Source: Thermoproteota archaeon
Lineage (GTDB): Archaea > Korarchaeota > Korarchaeia > Korarchaeales > Korarchaeaceae
NCBI GenBank assembly: GCA_027491415.1
Contig: JAOZFH010000063.1
Span: 32,001-96,000 of the forward strand
Direction: 5' to 3'
DNA: 64,000 nucleotides
This document shows, one piece after another, positions 29,174 to 38,336 of the stretch. Position 1 is the first letter of the stretch. The number at the start of each line of letters is the position of its first letter. The notes below the pieces were generated by a model. It was not told the DNA's origin, did not search any database, and was given only the letters and a program-made list of their open reading frames with translations. A program made the position numbers and the translations under genes.

Positions 29174-30218
29174 ACAAAACCTCCCCCTCCAACCCCTCGA
29201 GCAAAGATGCTAACAGATGATAGGAAGATAGTATTGACCTTGTGTTTATCCCGTTAATGTGGATTTCATTACCCTTATAGAGCATCAAACTGTAGGAATC
29301 CCCAGTTTGATAGTCATATACCTCCAAGATGGCGTAGGGATTGCTGATCACTATGGGTGACACTCCCCATCTCGGTAGGTTCTTTCTGACGAATTGGATG
29401 AAATTTTCTATTCCTTCACGATCTTCGAAAACGTTTTTATCTAGTTTGACTACTACTCTGCTGATCCTCCTTGGGCGTGGTTTAGCGATGATGTAAAGGT
29501 AAATTGAATTTAGGACGTATGACCTTAATATTTCCCAGCCGTCAGACCTAATTATAGAGATTATCCCATCTCTACCAATGCTGTATTTTATCCCTCCATG
29601 TGGTGTCTGCAAAGTACAGGTTGCCCTATGCATCCATAGCTTAGCCAAACGAAGCTTTTCTCGAGCTTCATCTAACGTCAAACCCTTTCCAAGAAAGGAG
29701 GACCCTCCTTTAAGATAGGATATCGATGTCTCCGGTTTTTTGCCGAAATATCTCATTCCAACAATCCTGACGACCCTCAGTTCCTCCGACATTTTTTTCA
29801 TTTTTTCTAAAATATTCCATAGATCCCTTTCTCTAAATCTTAAAATCTGAAATGTGGGATATAGTTTTTTCAATATGGAAATAAATTTTTGGAAAGACGC
29901 ACTACCACCAACACCAAAAGCTATCACGGGTTGAAACTTTTCTGAAGGTACTAGGAGATAATAGTTTTCTCCAGACTCCCTTCCCCCTTCCGTCTTGAGT
30001 TTAAAAGGCGTTACCCTGTAGATGACATAACCCTCTTTTTCTTTAATTTCTTGGAAATATTTCCTAATTCCTGCCACGTTATTCACTAGAAAGCTGACCT
30101 TAGGGCTAGCCCATCCCAATAATATCTTTAGCTTTCTGATAGACCCCTCCCCTATTTTTAGCTGATCTTGTATTATTTTATTATAAAGTTCCATGTTTAC
30201 TGTGCTTGACCCTTCCAT
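29157..30218 (-). CDS. Hypothetical protein (AT-rich cassette gene A)
   Basis: 353-aa open frame, AT-rich, overlaps gene B; GGGGGAGG RBS before gene B. Confidence 0.7.
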   Translation of the reverse strand: MEGSSTVNMELYNKIIQDQLKIGEGSIRKLKILLGWASPKVSFLVNNVAGIRKYFQEIKEKEGYVIYRVTPFKLKTEGGRESGENYYLLVPSEKFQPVIAFGVGGSASFQKFISILKKLYPTFQILRFRERDLWNILEKMKKMSEELRVVRIVGMRYFGKKPETSISYLKGGSSFLGKGLTLDEAREKLRLAKLWMHRATCTLQTPHGGIKYSIGRDGIISIIRSDGWEILRSYVLNSIYLYIIAKPRPRRISRVVVKLDKNVFEDREGIENFIQFVRKNLPRWGVSPIVISNPYAILEVYDYQTGDSYSLMLYKGNEIHINGINTRSILSSYHLLASLLEGLEGEVLYGQPG

Positions 30219-30480
30219 CGTCTCAATGGAGAGAGATTAGAACATAAACTTTGCATATAAGCAATGAGCCCTGTCTCCCGTCGTGAAACCAGACTTTCGC
30301 GAAATCACGAGGGGAAGGAGGGAAGCCCTCCGACGTTGTCCTTCGCCCAAGCGGCAAGTTTTCTTCCCTAAGGCTCGCCTCCAGTCCTGAAGAGACCTGT
30401 AGTCGGGCGGCCCTGCCCCCGCTGCCTGGGGCGTGGCGGCCGTGGAAAAGGATTAAACGGTCGGTGTCGCCGCGAGGCGC

Positions 30481-31023
30481 GTGAGCCGCGCGAGGCCCTC
30501 CAGGGCCCTTGTGGTGGGGAGGTTCCAGCCCTTCCACTTCGGGCACCTGCACGCGATAAGGTACGCAATGAAGCACGCCGAGGAGATAGTAATCGGGCTC
30601 GGCTCCTCCCAGATAGCCTTCACCCTCAGGAATCCCCTGACGGTGGACGAGCGGTACGAGATGATCGTCAGGGCCCTGAGGGCCGAGGGGCTCCCCCTCG
30701 GCAAGTTCTACTTCTCCCCCATCCCGGACACGGAGTCGCCCGAGGAAGATTGGGGCCGGATAGTGCTGGACAGGGTGCCGAGGGTGGACGTGGCCTTCTC
30801 AAACGACAGGGAGACCCAGGAGGACCTCTCGAGGGTGGGGATCGAGGTCAGGCCCATCCCCTTCTACAGGAGGGACCTCTTCCAGGCCACCCACATCAGG
30901 GAGATGGCCGCCAAGGGGGACCGTCTCTGGAGGCAGCTCGTGCCCAGGCCGGTCGCCCAGTTCCTCGACGAGGTGGGGTTCGAGGCCCGCATGCGCTCTA
31001 TAGCCGGGAACAGGCCCGGGTGA
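30481..31023 (+). CDS. nadM: Nicotinamide-nucleotide adenylyltransferase (NMNAT)
   Basis: GRFQPFHFGH, GSSQ, NPLTVDERYEMI, ATHIRE. Confidence 0.9.
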   Translation: MSRARPSRALVVGRFQPFHFGHLHAIRYAMKHAEEIVIGLGSSQIAFTLRNPLTVDERYEMIVRALRAEGLPLGKFYFSPIPDTESPEEDWGRIVLDRVPRVDVAFSNDRETQEDLSRVGIEVRPIPFYRRDLFQATHIREMAAKGDRLWRQLVPRPVAQFLDEVGFEARMRSIAGNRPG

Positions 31024-31041
31024 TGTGGGGCGGGCAGAGGA

Positions 31042-32634
31042 TCACTCCTCGCTCGGCAGGACGCCCAGCCTGTCCCTCCTGGCCGCCTCGAGTATCCTCC
31101 TCCCGGCCGGGCTGTTCCTGGCCAGGGTTATCCTCCCCCTGGAGTCGGTGGTGAGCCTGACGAACTCCCTGCCGTCCACCGTTATGATGACCTCCTGGTC
31201 AGCCCTCTCCGGGCCCAGGTCGAGCACCACGGTGTGCTTCCTCCTGATGAGCCTGTACCTGAGGCCCTCCTCCGCCCTCTCGCGCCTGGCCCTGGCCCTC
31301 GCGGCGGCGCCGGGCCTCAGGGGCATCACCACGACCTCGTCGCCGAAGGTGTAGATCTCGTACTCCGGCACGCCCGTCTCGAAGTCGCTGACCAGCACGA
31401 CGGGCCTGGCGAGGGAGGTGTCCTGCATGCCCGTCGGGAGCTTCACGGTTATCCTCAGGCTGTAGACCTTCACGACCCTGCCGTCCCTGATGAAGATCAC
31501 CGTGTCGACCACGTGCGGTAGCAGGCCCAGGTCCACCCGGCGGATGAACCTCTGCACCGCCTCGATCGGCGCCCCGCAGTGGACCACGCCGACCATGCCT
31601 ATGCCCGCGAGCCTCATGTCCGTGAAAACGTTGAAGTCGTCGGTCTTCCTCATCTCGTCGAAGATGACGTAGTCCGGCCGGACCAGGAGGAGCAGGTCGG
31701 CCGTGCCCTCGAAGCTCGGGCCGAGCTTGCCGTACTGAGTGATCTCGGGGCCGACCATGAGGTCCCTGGGCGACTCCAGGGTCTTCACTATCTTCCCCAG
31801 CGACCTGTAGAACTCCGCCAGGGCGCTGGCGAACGTCGTCTTCCCGGCCCCCGGGGGGCCAGCTATCACCACGCCCTCTGCCCTCTCCGCGAGCCTCTCC
31901 TTGAGCCTCTCGCTCAGCTCGTAGTCGTCCAGCGTGACCCTCACCACCGGCCTGACGGCCGTGATCTCGATCCCGTCGGAGAACGGGGGAAGGGCCACCA
32001 GCACCCTGTACTCCCCGAACTGGATCACGTAGGCCCCCTTCCTCCTGACCTCCACGAAGGCGCCCGGGTCTATCTTGGCGAGCTCGATGATCTCGTAGGC
32101 CATCTTCTGGAGCTCCTGCGTGGTGAGCGGCTCTTCCCTCAGCTTCACGAGCCTGAACTCCCCGGGCCTGCCCCTCTTGGCCATCGGCGGGGCGCCCTCC
32201 TTGAGGTGGACGCTCATGGTGTCCTCCGTGAAGAACTCCTCTATGGCGAGCCTGCCCCCCTTGGGACCGACGTACTCGACCCTCACCCCCCTCAGCCTCA
32301 GTGAGACCGCCCTTATCGAGTCCCCGGTCAGGACCGTGGCTCCGTGAGGCTTGGCAAGCTCCTCCAGGGCGTCCACCCCGCTCTTGGCGTGCTCCGCCAG
32401 CTCCAGGGCGGATATCTCGCCAGCCTTCTCCAGCTCTCTGAGCCTGGCCAGCTCGGCCAGCGCCGCCAGGTGGGTCCTGTCCCCGCGGGAGGCGCCCCTC
32501 TCGAGCCACCTGACGAGCCCCTTGGGGACGATTATCTTCGCCCCCCTCACCCTGCTCCAGAGCCTCTCATCCCTCAGGAGGCCCTGAATGAGCACCTGCT
32601 CGTCTATCACGTAGGAACTCACGGCTCCGCCCAT
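31042..32634 (-). CDS. PINA-type ATPase (PIN domain plus PilT/VirB11-like ATPase)
   Basis: TMSVHLKEG, PPFSDGIEITAVRP, GPPGAGKTT, ESPRDL, LLLVRPDYVIFDEMR, DMRLAGIGMVGVVH. Confidence 0.9.
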   Translation of the reverse strand: MGGAVSSYVIDEQVLIQGLLRDERLWSRVRGAKIIVPKGLVRWLERGASRGDRTHLAALAELARLRELEKAGEISALELAEHAKSGVDALEELAKPHGATVLTGDSIRAVSLRLRGVRVEYVGPKGGRLAIEEFFTEDTMSVHLKEGAPPMAKRGRPGEFRLVKLREEPLTTQELQKMAYEIIELAKIDPGAFVEVRRKGAYVIQFGEYRVLVALPPFSDGIEITAVRPVVRVTLDDYELSERLKERLAERAEGVVIAGPPGAGKTTFASALAEFYRSLGKIVKTLESPRDLMVGPEITQYGKLGPSFEGTADLLLLVRPDYVIFDEMRKTDDFNVFTDMRLAGIGMVGVVHCGAPIEAVQRFIRRVDLGLLPHVVDTVIFIRDGRVVKVYSLRITVKLPTGMQDTSLARPVVLVSDFETGVPEYEIYTFGDEVVVMPLRPGAAARARARRERAEEGLRYRLIRRKHTVVLDLGPERADQEVIITVDGREFVRLTTDSRGRITLARNSPAGRRILEAARRDRLGVLPSEE

Positions 32635-32702
32635 ACCACTACTTCACTCTCCACCTTCAGGGTTACGTGGGGGGTCTCCAGAAATAAAGCGAGGTGGTTC
32701 AC

Positions 32703-33287
32703 TCAGACCAGCAGCTCGTCCTCCTCGAATATCCTCTTGTGGGCCACGAAGATGAGGTACCTCTCGTCTCCGGTGAGCTCCTCCATCACTCTGTCCCCGA
32801 TCGCCCCGGGAGGGTCTCTCAGGCCGGTCCTCTCCTCCACGTCCGAGAACGACTTGAAGGGCCTCTTCCTCCTCTCCTCCAGGATCTTCAGCATCAGCTT
32901 CTTCCCGACCCCCGGCAGGAGCTCGAGCTGGTGGAGGCGGGTAGTGACGGGACGGGCCTCGTTGAAGAACTGAACGAAGAACTCCTCCCCCTCCACCACG
33001 GCGCTCCTCACCGTCTCCTCCAGGTGCCCTTGGGCCGGGCCCCTCAGCTCCGGGTAGGAGAGGTACCTCAGGAACCTGCTGACGTAATCTCTCTGGCCCT
33101 TCCCGACGTAGACCTTCATCCCGGGCTCCACCTGGGCGCCGGGCCTCACCGCAAACTCCATCAGGATGAAGTACCTGTCCCCGAGAACCTGGGCCCTCCT
33201 AGAGGGCTCCCCGTATACGTCAAGCACGTAGGCCCAGCCGTCGTGGGGCTTCCTCCTACCCGGAACGTACCTCCACAAGTCAGACAC
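32703..33287 (-). CDS. DUF655 family RNA-binding protein
   Basis: AYVLD, FFNEARPVTTRLHQLELLPGVGKK; conserved position after rpoF. Confidence 0.9.
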   Translation of the reverse strand: MSDLWRYVPGRRKPHDGWAYVLDVYGEPSRRAQVLGDRYFILMEFAVRPGAQVEPGMKVYVGKGQRDYVSRFLRYLSYPELRGPAQGHLEETVRSAVVEGEEFFVQFFNEARPVTTRLHQLELLPGVGKKLMLKILEERRKRPFKSFSDVEERTGLRDPPGAIGDRVMEELTGDERYLIFVAHKRIFEEDELLV

Positions 33288-33297
33288 CTCGAGCGGC

Positions 33298-33750
33298 CTA
33301 CTCGGAATCCTCCCCCTCCTCGGGGCCTTCCTGCGCCTCCTCGCCCTCCGCCTGGGCCGCCGCCTCAGACTGGGCCTCGACCGCCTCCTCAGCCTCAACC
33401 TCGGCCTCTGCCGGCGCCTCGGCCTCCTCCAGTCCCTTGAGCACCTCGAGGATTCCCTTGTAGGCCTTCTCGTCTAGGAGCGGGTAGGAGCGGAAGAGGA
33501 AGGGCCTGAGCTCGTCCGGCGTCTTGGGGAGGACGTTGACCAGCTGGATCGCGTCCTCCTCCGACAGGTCGTACTCGCTCATCAGGACCTCGACGGCCCT
33601 CCTGGCCGCCTTCGGGTCCCTAACCTTCGTGAACTTGGCTAGGTACTCGAAGAGCCTCCTCTGGTCCGGGGTTAGGGCAGACTGGTCCCTGGCCCACCTC
33701 TCGAATATGAGGTCCCTGACCTCGGCGAGCGTCAGCGGCTTCTTCTCCAA
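33298..33750 (-). CDS. rpoF: RNA polymerase subunit Rpo4 (F)
   Basis: LTLAEV, EYLAKF, QLVNVLPKTPDELR; between rpl21e and DUF655. Confidence 0.9.
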   Translation of the reverse strand: MEKKPLTLAEVRDLIFERWARDQSALTPDQRRLFEYLAKFTKVRDPKAARRAVEVLMSEYDLSEEDAIQLVNVLPKTPDELRPFLFRSYPLLDEKAYKGILEVLKGLEEAEAPAEAEVEAEEAVEAQSEAAAQAEGEEAQEGPEEGEDSE

Positions 33751-33756
33751 GCCGCC

Positions 33757-34074
33757 TCATCCTCCCGAACCCGGGGCGGGCTCGGAGTGTGGCTTCAGGT
33801 GAACAGGCGGTACTATCAGGTGCTTGACCTTGCCCCCTACCCTCACGTCGACGAGGTAGGCCCTGCCCCTCTTCCCCACGACCACGCCGACCTTCCCCTG
33901 GTACCTCCTGTGCGGTATACCCTCCCTCTCGGACGGCACCACGTCTATGACCACCTTCTGGCCCACCTTGAACTCCTGAAAGAACCTCGACAGCGGAGGC
34001 AGCCCTCTCTCTCTGGGACTCTTTCGCAGGAATTCCCTGGACCCGTGTAGGTATCCCTTCGACTTTCTCGTCAA
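33757..34074 (-). CDS. rpl21e: 50S ribosomal protein L21e
   Basis: SKGY, PHRRYQGKVG, GGKVKHLIVPPVHLKP. Confidence 0.95.
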   Translation of the reverse strand: MTRKSKGYLHGSREFLRKSPRERGLPPLSRFFQEFKVGQKVVIDVVPSEREGIPHRRYQGKVGVVVGKRGRAYLVDVRVGGKVKHLIVPPVHLKPHSEPAPGSGG

Positions 34075-34096
34075 TTCAAATCACCTTCCGTCCGGC

Positions 34097-35365
34097 TCAA
34101 GCCCTCGGGGTCAGCACGGCCATTACGTCGAGCTCCCTACAAAAAGCTTTTTTCCCCAGTATCGAGGCGACGCTCGGCCTGGTCCTTCCCTCGTCCCCCG
34201 AGACCAGTTCCTTCACGTACAGGCCGCCGTCACACTCGACGATCATCTCGAAGGTCCGATCGTCGATCCTGCGAGTCGTCACCCCGTAGACCCTCTTTCG
34301 CCTGAGCAGGTCGCTCCTGCGCCTGAGCACCCTCGTGGGGGTCCTCTGGTCTATCGTGGCGCCCTCCAGCTCGGCCTCGAGTCTCTTGAGCTCGTCGTCG
34401 GTCACGCCGCCCTCGACCTCCACCAGCGCCCTGTAGACCTTCCGCGTCTCGGGGGCGCCCTCCTTCAGGGTCCTGATGAGCGAGGGCTCCGCGTACCTCA
34501 GCCCCACCACGGCGACCTTCTCCTCGGCGGACCTGTTGATCTCCTCCTGGAGTTCCGCCAGGTCCACCCTCCTCTTCCTCGGCCTGACGACCTCTAGGAC
34601 GAAGGGCCTGCCGGTGCCCAGCATCCTGGCGTCCACATCCTCCCTCCCGGCCGCGTGGATGTGGTAGTCCTCCGCCTGAAAGGCCCTCTTGGCGACCTCT
34701 CCTATGAGGGCCTCCACAGAGTCGGCATACCTGTACCCCGTCCAGCCGCACTCCTCGCATCCCCTGCCTCCGCAGCTGGGGCAGAGCCACCTGGCCTGGG
34801 ATATCCCCCTGGCCAGCTTCAGGTACCTCCCGGCCAGGTAGACGGGATTTACCGTGATCCTCACCTCTCCCCTCCAGAGGTCCAGCAGGCCGACCAAGTC
34901 GGGCCTCACGGGGTCTATCCTGGCTCCCGTGATCGTTGAGACGACGTCGTCCGCCATCCGGGAGAGGGTGACCTTGGGGGACTCGGCCGTCCAGATCCCA
35001 AGGCTGGCCCTGACCTCGTCGTGCGCCTCGTGGACGTGCGGCGGGAGGACTGCGCCTCCCTTGAAGGTCTCGAACTCGTACTCCGACAGCCCCTGCAGCA
35101 GGTCGGAGACCAGCTCGGGGAGCGCCGAGGGTACCTCGCCCCCGCAGACGGAGCAGGAACCCCGTAGTCCGGAGGAGGCCTTCTTCCCCCTCTCCCCTCC
35201 GGCCTCAGCCTCGAGCGCCAGAACGGCGTGCCCCAGTATCCAAGAGCTGACCCTCCTGTCGAGGGATGAGAGGAGGCTGCCGGCGCAGTAGGGGCAGACC
35301 TCCCTCTCCAAGAGTAGGCCGAGGAACCTCTCCAGCGACCTCTTCTCGGCTGCGAGCCTGGGCAA
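34097..35365 (-). CDS. pus10: tRNA pseudouridine(54/55) synthase Pus10
   Basis: GRYLKLARGISQ, AAGREDVDARMLGTGRPF, QRTPTRV, GGLYVKELVSGD. Confidence 0.95.
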   Translation of the reverse strand: MPRLAAEKRSLERFLGLLLEREVCPYCAGSLLSSLDRRVSSWILGHAVLALEAEAGGERGKKASSGLRGSCSVCGGEVPSALPELVSDLLQGLSEYEFETFKGGAVLPPHVHEAHDEVRASLGIWTAESPKVTLSRMADDVVSTITGARIDPVRPDLVGLLDLWRGEVRITVNPVYLAGRYLKLARGISQARWLCPSCGGRGCEECGWTGYRYADSVEALIGEVAKRAFQAEDYHIHAAGREDVDARMLGTGRPFVLEVVRPRKRRVDLAELQEEINRSAEEKVAVVGLRYAEPSLIRTLKEGAPETRKVYRALVEVEGGVTDDELKRLEAELEGATIDQRTPTRVLRRRSDLLRRKRVYGVTTRRIDDRTFEMIVECDGGLYVKELVSGDEGRTRPSVASILGKKAFCRELDVMAVLTPRA

Positions 35366-35406
35366 CTCTGCCGTACTCTCCCGGGGGCGCCAAACGCTCT
35401 GAAACC

Positions 35407-35814
35407 TCAGCTCGGGCCCTTGACCTTCATCACCTTCTTCTTACCCAGCGCCTCCCAGTACTCCACCTCTGCCCCGGACTCGACCTTGGACCGCTCCTCC
35501 TCGTCTACAGCGGACATGGGGAGTTCGAAGGTCTCGTAGGTCTCGAGGTCCATCAGCTGTATCGTGTCGCCCATGACCGCCAGGACCTGGGCGGACCTCT
35601 TGGAGATTATAGGGATCTCGACGTCCGCGTCCGCCGGGAAGATCTTGGACCTCCGGGTTCCATCGAACAGCCCCCTGGCCTCGACCCTCACCTTCGCGGC
35701 GCCGTGCTTCCCTGGCTTAGACTTCGCAACGCTGAGGACGACGCACGGCTCACCGTCGATGACGACGTAGCTGCCCTTCTTGAGGTCGCCGGCGGAACCG
35801 TGGGTAACTCCCAT
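35407..35814 (-). CDS. eif5a: Translation factor aIF5A
   Basis: SKPGKHGAAK hypusine motif. Confidence 0.97.
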   Translation of the reverse strand: MGVTHGSAGDLKKGSYVVIDGEPCVVLSVAKSKPGKHGAAKVRVEARGLFDGTRRSKIFPADADVEIPIISKRSAQVLAVMGDTIQLMDLETYETFELPMSAVDEEERSKVESGAEVEYWEALGKKKVMKVKGPS

Positions 35815-35854
35815 CTAGCTCACCAGGCTGGCCCCGGGGGCTCCGATTAAAAGC

Positions 35855-36289
35855 TCACCTGTAGGACTTCTGGAACCTGGCCCTGGCGCGCCTCCCTCCG
35901 AACTTCTTGGGTTCCCTCTGCCTGGGGTCGCCCGCGAGGATCGTCCTGTCGTACTCCCTGTAGAGCTCCTCCAGGCGCTTGGACCCGGTGTACCTGACGA
36001 GGGCCCTCCCTATGGCCATCCTGGCGGCGTCGGCCTGGGCCATAAACCCGCCTCCCCTCACCCTGACGAAGATGTCCAGGCCCCCATAGACCTCCTCTCC
36101 CGCAAGCCAGAGCGGCTCGAGGATCTTCATCCTCACAAACTCGTTGGGGGCGTACACCTCCACCGGGAAGCCGTTGATGTACAGCCTCCCGCTGCCCCTC
36201 CTGATGACCGCGAAGGCCCTAGCGGTCTTTCGGGAGGCGGAGGCGTGCGCCAGGACCTCGCCCACCTTCTGCTGAGCCTGCCCGCTCAT
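35855..36289 (-). CDS. rps9: 30S ribosomal protein S9
   Basis: RKTARA, GGGFMAQADA, EPKKFGGRRARARFQKSYR. Confidence 0.97.
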   Translation of the reverse strand: MSGQAQQKVGEVLAHASASRKTARAFAVIRRGSGRLYINGFPVEVYAPNEFVRMKILEPLWLAGEEVYGGLDIFVRVRGGGFMAQADAARMAIGRALVRYTGSKRLEELYREYDRTILAGDPRQREPKKFGGRRARARFQKSYR

Positions 36290-36753
36290 GCCACCTCACC
36301 CCTCCAGCCCAGCTGCTTCGCGAGCCACAGGACCGTGACGCTCTTGACGCCCGGCTTGGGCCTCAGGTGATCGACGGTGTACTTCTCGCCCAGCTCAACC
36401 GGCTGGGCATTCTTAAGCTCCGGCGGGACGCCGATGTAGACCCTCAGCCTCCGGAGGGCCTCCCTGCCCTTGGCCTTCTTCATGGGCAGCATGCCCCGGA
36501 CGGTCCGCCAGACGATCCTGTCGGGAGTCCGAGGCTGAACCGGGCCCCTCTCTGGCTTGGGCTTGCCCTGGATTGCCCTCCTCTTCAGGTACTTGGAGAG
36601 GACCGTGGACGGGTTGCCCGTTATGACCGCCTTCTCCGCGTTGACTATGGCCACCCTCCTACCCTCGAGGAGCTGCTTGGCCACGTAGCTGGCCATCCTG
36701 CCGAGGATCTTCCCATCGGCGTCGACGACTACGTCGAAGTTGGTCAAGCCCAT
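36286..36753 (-). CDS. rpl13: 50S ribosomal protein L13
   Basis: VVDADGKILGRMAS, NAEKAVITG, RTVRGMLP. Confidence 0.95.
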   Translation of the reverse strand: MGLTNFDVVVDADGKILGRMASYVAKQLLEGRRVAIVNAEKAVITGNPSTVLSKYLKRRAIQGKPKPERGPVQPRTPDRIVWRTVRGMLPMKKAKGREALRRLRVYIGVPPELKNAQPVELGEKYTVDHLRPKPGVKSVTVLWLAKQLGWRGEVA

Positions 36754-36757
36754 CACC

Positions 36758-37123
36758 TCACGCCAGTATCTTGACCCCCGACCCCTTGGGGTTCTCTTGG
36801 GCGAGCTCCACGAGTGACACGGCCTTCCCGCCGGCCTCGGAGATCTTTCTCCTGGCGGACTCGGAGAAGGACAGCGCCGCAACGGTCACCGACTTAGTTA
36901 TCATCCCCTCGCCCAGCACCTTGCCGGGAACCACCACGACATCGTCGGGACCGGTGTACTTGTCTATCTTCCAGAGGTTCACCTCTATCCTTCTCCTGGT
37001 GGGCTTCCTCAGCCTCTCGGCCACGTCGGCCCATATCCGAGAGCCGGCGAGCCTCGAGGCTTTCTCTAGGGCGTTGATCGTCCGTATGGTCTCGGGGTTC
37101 GTTGGGCCCGTTGGCCTCGGCAT
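36758..37123 (-). CDS. rpl18e: 50S ribosomal protein L18e
   Basis: TGPTNP, EVNLWKI, VVVPGKVLG, FSESARRKI. Confidence 0.95.
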   Translation of the reverse strand: MPRPTGPTNPETIRTINALEKASRLAGSRIWADVAERLRKPTRRRIEVNLWKIDKYTGPDDVVVVPGKVLGEGMITKSVTVAALSFSESARRKISEAGGKAVSLVELAQENPKGSGVKILA

Positions 37124-37171
37124 ATCGGCTCGCACCTTCCTGGCACGCTGCCCACCCGCGTTAATAAACGT

Positions 37172-37381
37172 GGCCTCGCCGGTGGGGCTGAGCCCCAATA
37201 CCCCTCCCGGGCGAGTTGACCGATCCTCAGGAGGCCGGGGGGATCGGAGGACTGCTCTGAAGGGCAGACCTGCCGACGCGGGCTGAACGGCGCTGTTTGA
37301 TCCCCTCCCCCTCCACCACGGGCCTCTCCGGTCCACGTGGCGGGAGAGCCCTCGAGACTCCCCGTGCCTGGAGGCGAGTCC
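37172..37381. ncRNA. Candidate structured non-coding RNA (identity unknown)
   Basis: Nested complementary segments between the two ends and internal hairpins; no credible ORF. Confidence 0.45.
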
Positions 37382-37399
37382 GAGTCAGGGGATTTTGGG

Positions 37400-37488
37400 T
37401 GGTGCGGGGGGTGGGATTTGAACCCACGCGGGCCTACGCCCACCCGCCCCTCAAGCGGGCGCCTTGGACCAGGCTTGGCTACCCCCGC
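37400..37488 (-). tRNA. tRNA-Leu(GAG)
   Basis: GCGGGGG acceptor, cccgc-TT-GAG-GG-gcggg arm, long variable arm, CCA. Confidence 0.95.
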
Positions 37489-37523
37489 CCGAGGCAAGGG
37501 TGGATGGGTCCGCGATAAAAAGT

Positions 37524-38336
37524 CTAACGGACGGCCCGGGCCGACCCCTCGACGGCCGCCTTGAGCTCCTGCTCGAACCTGTCGAACTTCTTCAGCAGCT
37601 CGTCGACCGCCGCCCTGAGTATCTCGGGCACTGTCAGCGCGCCGGTGGACTCGAACTTGATTATGAAGCGCGTGTCGTCCCACTCGACGACCCTGACGAG
37701 CTCCGGCCTCTCCCTCCTTATCTCGTCGATGCACCCCTCCAGCCCCCTGCAGGAGAGGTAGTCCCTCACGATCACCGAGCCGTCCTCCTCCCTCTCCACC
37801 GCCCCCTCGGGGCACGACCTGAGGGCGTCGGCGCACCTCTCCGCCGCCTCTGGGGCGAGGCTGTAGATGGGGTAGTAGGAGTAGCCGAGGCCGCTCACGG
37901 CCTGCCACTTTGCGTGCCACTTGCCCTTGCCCATCCTGACAATGGCGTCGAACCTGAGCCTGTCCCCCTTGGCCATCTTCACCAGCGGGATCTTCGGCCT
38001 CACCGGGACTATCACCGGGTCGGAGGGCTCTAGTTCGCCGGCGTAGACCACCTCCACATCCTCCGAGGCCGTCCTGTCCAGCTTCAGCGTGACGACCGCC
38101 CCGTCCCCGATGGAGTAGGTCTTGAGGTCCGTCCTTATGGGGACCATCGCCAGCCTGTGGGCTATCTCCTCGTCGAGGAACGCCGTCGTGTTGGCGTAGA
38201 AGATCACCTCGTCCACCGCCATCACGGGCACCTCGGACAGGAGGGCCCGCCTCAGCGCGTTGGCGTAGGACGGGTTCGCGTCCTCGACAACGATCCTCAC
38301 GAACGGGGGATCATAGTCCACTATCCTAACCCTCAT
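37524..38336 (-). CDS. rpoD: RNA polymerase subunit Rpo3 (D)
   Basis: ANALRRALLSEVPVMAVD, DEEIAHRLAMVP, GKWHAKWQ, ESTGAL. Confidence 0.95.
   Translation of the reverse strand: MRVRIVDYDPPFVRIVVEDANPSYANALRRALLSEVPVMAVDEVIFYANTTAFLDEEIAHRLAMVPIRTDLKTYSIGDGAVVTLKLDRTASEDVEVVYAGELEPSDPVIVPVRPKIPLVKMAKGDRLRFDAIVRMGKGKWHAKWQAVSGLGYSYYPIYSLAPEAAERCADALRSCPEGAVEREEDGSVIVRDYLSCRGLEGCIDEIRRERPELVRVVEWDDTRFIIKFESTGALTVPEILRAAVDELLKKFDRFEQELKAAVEGSARAVR

Noticed and set aside
15596-30300. Integrase, transposase or att duplication bounding the islands at tRNA-Lys/tRNA-Gln
   Set aside because: No recombinase motifs, and I could not find a duplicated tRNA 3' end by eye; mobility is inferred only from context.
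37172-37381. Assignment as canonical SRP RNA or RNase P RNA
   Set aside because: No GNRA-capped helix 8 or helix 6, and no GAGGAAxxUCC / ACAGAA...GCUUA consensus; left unassigned.
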